A DNA stretch of 64,000 nucleotides, taken from contig CAXXTB010000002.1 in NCBI GenBank assembly GCA_963676795.2, forward strand, positions 1,632,001 through 1,696,000, in the 5' to 3' direction. This document shows positions 56,661 to 64,000 of the stretch, piece by piece. Position 1 is the first letter of the stretch. Each line of letters starts with the position of its first letter. The translations under genes were made by a program, and so were the position numbers. Source of the DNA: Geopsychrobacteraceae bacterium (GTDB taxonomy: Bacteria; Desulfobacterota; Desulfuromonadia; Desulfuromonadales; Geopsychrobacteraceae). The notes under the pieces are model-generated. The model was given only the letters and a program-made list of their open reading frames with translations, was not told the origin of the DNA and did not search any database.

Positions 56661-59227
56661 AGATTCAGGAGCCGGTAGATTCGATCCATGTCGATGTGAC
56701 TGCGGACATGATCGGCCAACCTGTCGAGAGCCGGTTCCAGATCGTACACCGCCCTGACCTCTTTGATCGGCTGCCAGCCACGTCGTTCACGCAGGCGATC
56801 AAGGAACCATCTCCTGAACCCGTCAGCGTCGAAAACACCATGCAGATAGGTTCCCCAGATCCTCTCATTCTGACCATTGGCATGTCCCAGCACCACGCCG
56901 TCCTGACGTTCTACCAGCGGAGTTACAGCATTTCCCATGCTCACCCCATGGTGAATTTCATACCCGCGCAACTCCTGTCCGGAGAGCAGATGGCGTGCCA
57001 GGCAGCTGGTCGTCGTTTTCTGTGGCGCCAGTTCTGTCTCCAGGTCAAGCAGGCCAAGGCCCGGGCAGTCAAGTCCGGTCGATTCAATACCATGGGGATC
57101 GTGAATTCTCCTGCCCAACAGCTGGTAGCCCCCACAGACCCCGACGATCTCTATCGCTTGAAAAGCGGCCAGACGCTGAATCGCCACCGCCAGCCCGGTT
57201 TCATTCAGATAGGCAAGATCATTGATAACATTCTTGCTGCCCGGCAGAATGATGGCATCGGGGGTCCCTAGCTCAGCAACCGTAGTCACCTTGCGCAGAT
57301 GAACATCATCTTCAATTCGTAAGGCATCAAAGTCAGTGAAGTTGGATATATGCGGCAGGTCGATCAGGGCGATGTCAAGAACCTCGCCTGCCGGCCTTGC
57401 CGTTTCGAGACGGCCATCCTTGTAGTCGACGGAATCCTCTTCCGGTAAGCCCAGCTTGGTCAGGTAGGGAATGACACCGAAGAACGGCTTGCCGCTGTGA
57501 GCCGTCGTTTTGACCAGAGCCTCATCAAGAAGCGTGGCATCACCGCGGAAACGGTTGATGACGAAACCGGCGACCAGTTTGCGTTCCCATTCGCTGAGCA
57601 GTTCCATCGAACCGACAAATGAGGCAAACACGCCGCCGCGATCGATATCCCCGACCAGAAGAACCTTGGCGTCGGCGTAACGCGCCATGTTCATATTGAC
57701 GATATCGCGCTTTTTCAGGTTGATTTCAGCAGGGCTGCCGGCCCCTTCAAGAACCATGACCTGATGTTCAGAGGAAAGGCTGTCGTAACAATTCTTGACC
57801 TCGGCAAAGATCTGTTCACGACGTAGCGCATAGTCACGAAAATCCATGGTCTCGTAAACTTTTCCCTGGAGAATGACCTGGGAACCTGTCGCACTACTCG
57901 GCTTGAGGAGCACCGGATTCATCCGGACGTCAGGGTCGAGACGACTGGCCTGAGCCTGCAGAACCTGGGCACGCCCCATTTCTCCGCCAGCAAAGGTGAC
58001 ACAGGAGTTGAGCGACATGTTCTGAGCCTTGAAAGGCGCAACACTGACCCCGTCCTGTTGCAGAATCCGGCACAAAGCCGCAGTCAGAATACTTTTCCCT
58101 GCGTTCGATCCGGTGCCCTGAAACATCAGAGCCGGCTTTTTACGCACAATGCCATCAGGTTTCGGCAAACCAAAGAGCTGCTCGAAGGCCTGACACAACC
58201 GTTCATTCTCGACTTCTGTACGAACCGCAATTCGGATAAAACTGTCATCAAGCCCCTCAAAATTGCAGCAGCGCCTGATCATGATGCCCCGGTTAAGCAT
58301 CTGCTGTGACAAAGACTCTCCTGTCAGGCCCGCTTTCTCCAGTTTCAAAAGCAGAAAATTTGCTTCACCGGGAAAAACTTTCAAACCGGCAATTGTGCTC
58401 AAACGCTGCATCAGTTGCTGGCGCAGCCTGGCAACCTCCGTTCTCGTCTGGACGAGAAAATCGCTATCCTCCATCGCTTTGATGCCAACAGCCTGAGACA
58501 GAGAATTAACGGTCCAGGGCGACAAAAAAGGTCTAAGAGCTTCTATTACCTGAGGTTCAGCAATCGCATAACCGAGACGCAGGCCGGGAATCCCCCAGGA
58601 TTTGGTCATCGACTGGACGATAACAAGGTTCTTCGGCATCTTCTCACGCAAAGACAAATCAACCCACTGACAGAAATCGATAAAGGATTCATCAAGAACA
58701 AACCACACGTCAGTATGGCTGCTGATGAGCTCAAGAAGTGACTCAGGTGCCGTAACTTTCCCGGTCGGGTTGTTTGGCTGGCCAATAATGACCAGATCCC
58801 CAGCCTCAAGAACTGAATCAAGCCTGGCAAGATCAAGCGCAAACCCTGTTTCTTCGGATGACGGCAGCGGAACAATGTCCAGGCCTGCAAGTTCTGCAGC
58901 TTGCTGATAATCGACGTAGCTGGGAACCGGAATTACAGCGCGGCGGCAATCAAGCACAGCTGGCAACAGATTCAGAAGTTCGCTTGCACCATTGCCTGCA
59001 ATAATCTTGTCTACAGGGAGTCCGTTCGCCCTGGCAATGGCCCGAACCAGGCTTGTGGCACCCGGCTCAGGGTAATGATAGATCATCTCGATCTGGGAAC
59101 TGATCAGCGGACGTAACCACTCAGGAAAACCAAGAGGATTAATATTGGCAGAGAAATCGAGAAGCTCACCAACCTGGCAGCCAGCCTGCTGCGCTGCCGA
59201 TAAGAGATTCCCACCGTGTCGTTCCAT
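56657..59227 (-). CDS. cobQ: Fusion: L-threonine-O-3-phosphate decarboxylase (CobD) + cobyric acid synthase (CobQ/CbiP)
   Basis: N-terminal HGGN, DFSANINPLG, PNNPTG, SMTK....PGLRLGY; C-terminal QGTGSNAGKS, PFKAQNM, EGAGSPAEINL, GYEIH.G, GTYLHG. Confidence 0.95.
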   Translation of the reverse strand: MERHGGNLLSAAQQAGCQVGELLDFSANINPLGFPEWLRPLISSQIEMIYHYPEPGATSLVRAIARANGLPVDKIIAGNGASELLNLLPAVLDCRRAVIPVPSYVDYQQAAELAGLDIVPLPSSEETGFALDLARLDSVLEAGDLVIIGQPNNPTGKVTAPESLLELISSHTDVWFVLDESFIDFCQWVDLSLREKMPKNLVIVQSMTKSWGIPGLRLGYAIAEPQVIEALRPFLSPWTVNSLSQAVGIKAMEDSDFLVQTRTEVARLRQQLMQRLSTIAGLKVFPGEANFLLLKLEKAGLTGESLSQQMLNRGIMIRRCCNFEGLDDSFIRIAVRTEVENERLCQAFEQLFGLPKPDGIVRKKPALMFQGTGSNAGKSILTAALCRILQQDGVSVAPFKAQNMSLNSCVTFAGGEMGRAQVLQAQASRLDPDVRMNPVLLKPSSATGSQVILQGKVYETMDFRDYALRREQIFAEVKNCYDSLSSEHQVMVLEGAGSPAEINLKKRDIVNMNMARYADAKVLLVGDIDRGGVFASFVGSMELLSEWERKLVAGFVINRFRGDATLLDEALVKTTAHSGKPFFGVIPYLTKLGLPEEDSVDYKDGRLETARPAGEVLDIALIDLPHISNFTDFDALRIEDDVHLRKVTTVAELGTPDAIILPGSKNVINDLAYLNETGLAVAIQRLAAFQAIEIVGVCGGYQLLGRRIHDPHGIESTGLDCPGLGLLDLETELAPQKTTTSCLARHLLSGQELRGYEIHHGVSMGNAVTPLVERQDGVVLGHANGQNERIWGTYLHGVFDADGFRRWFLDRLRERRGWQPIKEVRAVYDLEPALDRLADHVRSHIDMDRIYRLLNL

Positions 59228-60000
59228 TACATACCCCCCAGGTGTTTCAGCATAATGACGAGGATCGCTGGAACAAGTTCAACAATTTCAGTTGTTGCTC
59301 CAAGAATATCTCCCGTATACCCACCGATTTTACGCAGATAATAACGTCCCAGCAGGAAAGAAACTGCAAGCACGGCAATGATTGTGATGACTCCCGTACC
59401 CAGACCGAACAGCAGCAGCGATAAAACGATCAACGCAAGCCAGGCGACAGTCATCCGTGAGGGGTCATTCTTGTCCTGGGCAAAAGCCCCGGTTCCGCCT
59501 TCGACCCTGCTATAGGTCAGACGCGCGCTGATAAAGGCGACAGCGCAACGGCCACAGACAGGCATCATGATCAGCGCCTGAAAACGAAGTGCACCTGGTA
59601 GCGAAATCAGCAAAACATATTTACCGAGCAGCAGCAGGACCAGGCTGATAACGCCCATCGGACCGGAACTGCTGTCTTTCATGATTTCAAGCATGCGCGC
59701 CCGGTCACGACCGCTGAAAAAAGCATCAGCGCTGTCTGCAAGTCCGTCGAGATGCAAGGCCCCAGTCAGAGCGACGATAAACACCAGGGTGAAAAAAGAC
59801 GCGACAGAAACCGGCAGGACAAAACGCAGCAAATAATCGCAGCATGCAGCCAGTATCCCCAGGACCAGTCCTGCAACGGGATACCAGTTCGCACTCTTCT
59901 TGAAGCTGTCAATATCACCACACCAACTCTCAGGCACAGGCAGGATGGTCAGAAAGCGCAAAGCGGAGAATATTGGCTGAAAACTGCGGATCATCGGCAT
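59227..60000 (-). CDS. cobS: Adenosylcobinamide-GDP ribazoletransferase (cobalamin synthase)
   Basis: FLT.LP, TGALHLDGLAD.AD, IMKDS..G.MG, GGYTGD.LGA..E motifs. Confidence 0.96.
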   Translation of the reverse strand: MPMIRSFQPIFSALRFLTILPVPESWCGDIDSFKKSANWYPVAGLVLGILAACCDYLLRFVLPVSVASFFTLVFIVALTGALHLDGLADSADAFFSGRDRARMLEIMKDSSSGPMGVISLVLLLLGKYVLLISLPGALRFQALIMMPVCGRCAVAFISARLTYSRVEGGTGAFAQDKNDPSRMTVAWLALIVLSLLLFGLGTGVITIIAVLAVSFLLGRYYLRKIGGYTGDILGATTEIVELVPAILVIMLKHLGGM

Positions 60001-60006
60001 CCCTAC

Positions 60007-61062
60007 CTAAGCTTTAGATACAGCAGCTTCTTCAAAAGTTGCCATTTCTGTCAGTATGGCAACGGCACCCTCGACAAGGTTCATGGCAACCGCAGCCCCC
60101 GTCCCCTCTCCAAGGCGGAAATTGAGGTCGAGCAAGGGTTCCTTGCCAAGCGCCTGAAGTGCTGCGGCCTGCCCTTTTTCAACGCTGCGATGAGCACTGA
60201 ACATGTACTGACAGGCGGTCGGACAGATTTTTCCGGCGATCAACGCACCAGCAGTCGAGATAAAGCCATCAACAATAACCGGTTTCTTCTTCAGAGCGGC
60301 GCCAAGAATCAATCCGGCGATACCGGCAATCTCAAAGCCGCCGACCTTGGCCAGCACATCGATCGGATCGTTCGGGTCCGAATTATTCAGCTTGATGCCC
60401 TTTTCAATGACCTGGATTTTATGTTTCATCTGCTCATCATCCAGACCGGTTCCACGACCAACGGCATCAGCCACCGAAATGTTACAGAGCGTGGAAACGA
60501 TGGCGCTGCTTGGAGAGGTATTTCCGATTCCCAGCTCGCCGGTACCAAAAACGTCGGTGGCATCGGCCAGTTCAAGGGCAACTTCTATTCCGGCTTCGAG
60601 GGCCTGTATGGCCTGCTCACGGGTCATCGCCGGACCTTCAGCAAAATTGTTCGTTCCCCGGGCCACTTTGCGATCAACGATGGCAGCGGCTGTCTTTTCA
60701 TCAAGATCACCGGCGATCCCCATATCAACAAGAACAACCTCGGCACCGGCCTGACGGGCCAGCACGCTGACACCGGCAACACCGGCGATAAAACCCTGAG
60801 CCATCTGAACGGTGACTTCCTGAGGAAACAGACTGACTCCGCTTTTAGCAATACCGTGATCTCCCGCCATGGCGACAATCTTCTTGCGGGCAACCGGTGG
60901 CTTCATCGAGCCGGTCATGCCGGCCAGATCGAGTGCCATATCCATGAGCCTGCCAAGTGCCCAATGCGGCATAATCAACTGGTCAAGACGAGCCTTGGCC
61001 TGACTACGAGCCTCTTCATTTTGCGGTAAGATTTGTTCAACTGTCTTTTGAAGTAACGACAT
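60007..61062 (-). CDS. cobT: Nicotinate-nucleotide-dimethylbenzimidazole phosphoribosyltransferase
   Basis: AGDHG, GELGIGNT, GRGTG, GGFEI, DGFI, RLGEGTGA, MATF.EA.V motifs. Confidence 0.96.
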   Translation of the reverse strand: MSLLQKTVEQILPQNEEARSQAKARLDQLIMPHWALGRLMDMALDLAGMTGSMKPPVARKKIVAMAGDHGIAKSGVSLFPQEVTVQMAQGFIAGVAGVSVLARQAGAEVVLVDMGIAGDLDEKTAAAIVDRKVARGTNNFAEGPAMTREQAIQALEAGIEVALELADATDVFGTGELGIGNTSPSSAIVSTLCNISVADAVGRGTGLDDEQMKHKIQVIEKGIKLNNSDPNDPIDVLAKVGGFEIAGIAGLILGAALKKKPVIVDGFISTAGALIAGKICPTACQYMFSAHRSVEKGQAAALQALGKEPLLDLNFRLGEGTGAAVAMNLVEGAVAILTEMATFEEAAVSKA

Positions 61063-61093
61063 ACAACCCCTTGCTTTCTCGTTGTTTAAAACT

Positions 61094-61642
61094 CTATTTC
61101 AGCTTGAGCGGCAGGCCGGAAACAACGAAGATGGCTTCATCTGCAGCACGAGCAAACTTCTGATTACAACGTCCTATCAAATCACGGTAACGGCGTGCCA
61201 GTGCGCTTTCCGGAACAAGTCCCATCCCGACTTCATTGCTGACCAGAATGATCTTGCCGCTATGCTTACGACACTCAGCTATTACCTTGTCACACTCCTC
61301 AGCCACCCCTGTTTCCGTCAGTTCAGAGCCCTGCTGCTCCGCCCGATACTGGAGATTATTCACCCACAGTGTGAGACAATCGATCAGAACAACATCAAAG
61401 TCACAAACCGTACTGACAGCATGGGCAAGATCATAAGGTTCCTCAACTGTTGACCAGTTTGCGCCTTTACGATCCTGCTGATGCTTCAGGATCCTCTGAT
61501 CCATTTCTCCATCTATACGTGGACAGGTCGCCACATAAACCCTGGAGCCCTCGCTTGATTCCGCCAGTTCCTGGGCAAAGGAACTTTTACCACTGCGACA
61601 ACCACCACTGACATAAATCATCAAGTCCTCCGGAAGGCGCAA
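61094..61642 (-). CDS. cobU: Bifunctional adenosylcobinamide kinase/guanylyltransferase
   Basis: GG.RSGKS.FA, EM..RI..H...R, DCLTLWV.N, VSNEVG.G.VP motifs. Confidence 0.96.
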   Translation of the reverse strand: MRLPEDLMIYVSGGCRSGKSSFAQELAESSEGSRVYVATCPRIDGEMDQRILKHQQDRKGANWSTVEEPYDLAHAVSTVCDFDVVLIDCLTLWVNNLQYRAEQQGSELTETGVAEECDKVIAECRKHSGKIILVSNEVGMGLVPESALARRYRDLIGRCNQKFARAADEAIFVVSGLPLKLK

Positions 61643-61654
61643 TCAAAGACACCT

Positions 61655-61693
61655 AAAATAAAAAAATCCTGCGCCCTTAGAGGCGACAGGATT
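61655..61693 (-). terminator. Expression-platform terminator upstream of cobU
   Basis: Minus strand AATCCTGTCGCC...GGCGCAGGATT followed by a U-tract. Confidence 0.75.
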
Positions 61694-61769
61694 CCGTTTT
61701 TAACCCAGCTGCTCTTATGTCTGAATGTGACCTTAATCTCGATCCGCGAAGTATCGATCACAATGAATT

Positions 61770-61880
61770 GAACGGTGAGTGTCTGACTTCCAGTGACCTG
61801 GTTACAGTGGCGGGACCGTGGCGGATTCTCACCGCCTTCCTCACACAGCCAATCGCTAAAGCTTATGGTATGCTGTTAAA
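61770..61880 (-). ncRNA. Cobalamin riboswitch, compact (class II-like), controlling the cob/cbi operon
   Basis: GAGGAAGGCGGTGAGAATCCGCCACGGTCCCGCCACTGTAACCAGGTCACTGGAAGTCAGACAC; lacks the peripheral extension; 5' boundary approximate. Confidence 0.85.
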
Positions 61881-62000
61881 ACTGGCAACACCTGAATGAA
61901 ATTAAGCAAACTTTAGATCAAAAGTAAATAGAAAATTTACTATAGACATCTATAAGACTTTTAGATATTGTTTCTCCGTTTGAAAAAGTGTAGCTTAACG

Positions 62001-62130
62001 AAGCCGTACAGTTCCGTCTGGATTCAAAGGGAACCTTGTGAAAGTCAAGGGCGGACCCACCACTGTAGCTGAAGATAAGCAATAGATCCGGTATCTTATC
62101 TTCAGAAGCCAGGAACCTGCTGTACTGCTT
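62001..62130 (+). ncRNA. Cobalamin riboswitch upstream of cysG (simplified P6 arm)
   Basis: AAAGGGAACCTTGTGAAAGTCAAGGGCGGACCCACCACTGTA...AAGCCAGGAACCTGC; P1 AAGCCGTACAG/CTGTACTGCTT. Confidence 0.85.
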
Positions 62131-62243
62131 AACTTTCTCTCGCAGGGGATTTATGCAGCGAAAGCTAGGTTCAGAAAACTCCGAAATACGACATTCTGCA
62201 ACCTACCATACGAGCCTGACCCTGCCTTTATTAAGGCGAAGAA

Positions 62244-63524
62244 ATGAACAACAAATCACTGCCCGTCCTTTTGACGAACCCCAATGTACTGATCATTGGC
62301 GGATCAAAGACAGCACTACTCAAAGCACAGGCTCTACAGAAAAATTCTCTGAAAATCAATATCGTTGCACCTGACGTTTGTGACGAACTGCGCTCAATTG
62401 CCACCAGAATTGACGAACGGAATTTCACGACAGAGGATCTACAAAACGTGGACCTGGTCATTGATGCAACCGGAAACAATCATGTCCTGCAACAACTCTT
62501 GGGCGCAAAACAAGACCACCAGTTCCTGCTTAACTGCTGCTCAAACAGACAGGCTAGCGATTTCTATCTTTGTGCACAAACCAATGTAGGCGATCTGAAG
62601 ATTTCAATTTCAACATGCGGCAGTAGTCCAACCATCAGCAGACTGGTACGAGATAAAATCGCCAGATTCATCCCTGCCGAGATCGAATTTCTGACCGACG
62701 AGAAAAACGCTGATCGCCTGGACGGACGCATCGATGTGCAGGAAACAGAACAGGAATGCCAAAAAGCCTTCCCGCAGGTCTACCTGATCGGTTGTGGCCC
62801 CGGAGATCCTGACCTGCTCACCCTGAAAGCCTACAAGCTGATCAAACAGGTTGATATTGTTCTGTACGATCACTTGCTGACCGATGAAATCCTGGAGCTG
62901 ATCCCTGAATCAACGGAAAAGATACCCGTCGGCAAACAAAAAGGTTGCCATAGTTACAAACAGGACGACATCAACGAACTCCTCTATCAGAAAGTCTTGC
63001 AGGGCCATACAATCGGCCGCCTCAAGTGCGGCGACCCCTACATCTTTGGCCGCGGTTCGGAAGAAGCGGAATATCTCACTCAACGTGATATTCGTGTCGA
63101 GGTTGTCAGTGGTATCAGCTCGGCAATCGCCGGCCCGGCCTGTGCCGGAATCCCTGCAACGGCACGCGGCTATGCAACTCACCTGTCTATCGTCTCAGCC
63201 CACCTGGCAGGCAATCACTTTAACGAGGAATGGTTCCCCCTGCTCAAGATCCAAAACCACACGACAGTCGTGCTTATGGGGCTGAGCTTTGCCCGTGAGA
63301 TCAGCATTGCAGCCCTGAAATCCGGCATATCACCAACGCTACCGGTAGCAATTGTCTCGAACGCGTCGCGACCAGATCAAAAAGTCATAGTGACCGATCT
63401 GCTCAATCTGCCAATCGCAGCTGAAAATGCCGAGCGCCCGGCGATATTGATCTTTGGTAACGTTGTCAATCTTCACCAGATCCTATCGGCCTCCGGTCAA
63501 ACAACCTACCGGCAGGCACTATGA
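62244..63524 (+). CDS. cysG: CysG-type fusion: precorrin-2 dehydrogenase/chelatase-like domain + uroporphyrinogen-III C-methyltransferase
   Basis: VLIIGG, IST.G.SP; C-terminal G.GPGDPDLLTLKA, YDHL, VGKQKG, RLK.GDP.IFGRG.EE, AGIP.T.RG. Confidence 0.92.
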   Translation: MNNKSLPVLLTNPNVLIIGGSKTALLKAQALQKNSLKINIVAPDVCDELRSIATRIDERNFTTEDLQNVDLVIDATGNNHVLQQLLGAKQDHQFLLNCCSNRQASDFYLCAQTNVGDLKISISTCGSSPTISRLVRDKIARFIPAEIEFLTDEKNADRLDGRIDVQETEQECQKAFPQVYLIGCGPGDPDLLTLKAYKLIKQVDIVLYDHLLTDEILELIPESTEKIPVGKQKGCHSYKQDDINELLYQKVLQGHTIGRLKCGDPYIFGRGSEEAEYLTQRDIRVEVVSGISSAIAGPACAGIPATARGYATHLSIVSAHLAGNHFNEEWFPLLKIQNHTTVVLMGLSFAREISIAALKSGISPTLPVAIVSNASRPDQKVIVTDLLNLPIAAENAERPAILIFGNVVNLHQILSASGQTTYRQAL

Positions 63525-63541
63525 CCTGCTAACAACCATCA

Positions 63542-63578
63542 AGGAGATGTGGTTGCAATATCTACAACCACATCTCCT
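63542..63578. terminator. 14-bp hairpin after cysG
   Basis: AGGAGATGTGGTTG...CAACCACATCTCCT. Confidence 0.55.
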
Positions 63579-63622
63579 CATACGAAACAACCTTGCCTAA
63601 ACTCCAAAATGTGGATAGTATT

Positions 63623-63660
63623 TGTTAACACTAGCTTAATTATATGATCTAGTGTTAACA
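63623..63660. promoter_or_regulatory. 12-bp inverted repeat upstream of the TetR gene (putative operator)
   Basis: TGTTAACACTAG-N14-CTAGTGTTAACA. Confidence 0.5.
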
Positions 63661-63694
63661 TGTATGACACACTAAACTTTACGGAAGAATTTAA

Positions 63695-64000
63695 ATGGCA
63701 ATAAAAAGAAGGATGAACGGCGAGGAGAGAAAGCAGGCCATCAAAGAGGCAGCCCGCCGTGAATTTTCCATGAAAGGCTACTATGGCGCTTCGATGCGCG
63801 ATATTGCCCGCGCGGCTCAGATTTCAGAATCTCTGATCTACCAGCATTTCACCAATAAGGAAGAACTCTACAAGGAAGCATATTTTTATCTGGACGACCA
63901 GGTTGATGCTCTCTGTGAATTCCTCGGCAGCCTTGAACCATCGACCGAAACCCTGGTTAAAATCATCTACTCGTTGTCTTTAATGATCCTGACAGAAGTT
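63695..64000 (+). CDS. TetR/AcrR-family transcriptional regulator (runs off the window)
   Basis: My translation: MAIKRRMNGEERKQAIKEAARREFSMKGYYGASMRDIARAAQISESLIYQHFTNKEELY (TetR HTH). Confidence 0.92.
   Translation, partial: MAIKRRMNGEERKQAIKEAARREFSMKGYYGASMRDIARAAQISESLIYQHFTNKEELYKEAYFYLDDQVDALCEFLGSLEPSTETLVKIIYSLSLMILTEV

Noticed and set aside
1..64000. CRISPR arrays, tRNA/rRNA genes, anti-phage defence genes
   Set aside because: No regularly spaced repeats or recognisable structural RNA or defence motifs seen; the only long repeats are the riboswitch copies and paralogous genes

Overview
64 kb of a Desulfuromonadales-like (deltaproteobacterial) chromosome that appears to span the replication terminus. 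Core genes carB-greA-DUF1858-recG-qor (+ strand) lead to a 28-bp dif site (7308-7335), where KOPS polarity and gene orientation flip. About 10 kb of decaying accessory DNA follows: a probable Xer-integrated rolling-circle element remnant, a dienelactone hydrolase split by a ~4.4 kb insert, a truncated IS4-family element, an IS256, and a 2-deoxy-scyllo-inosose-synthase-like enzyme fused to an IclR regulator. The remaining ~46 kb is a cobalamin island with five B12 riboswitches. It has two parts. (i) An uptake/salvage locus with a TtpC-type TonB system, two TonB-dependent receptors, two exported BtuF-CbiZ fusions, two exported membrane-anchored CobN-like chelatases and an HmuTUV-like membrane trio. 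(ii) An anaerobic cbi/cob biosynthesis operon with hemA and two cbiL but no cbiT, plus a divergent cysG. The best candidates for undescribed biology are the B12-controlled periplasmic CobN/CbiZ/HmuSTUV-like corrinoid-processing system and the DOIS-IclR fusion. All calls come from reading the sequence by eye; no searches were run.
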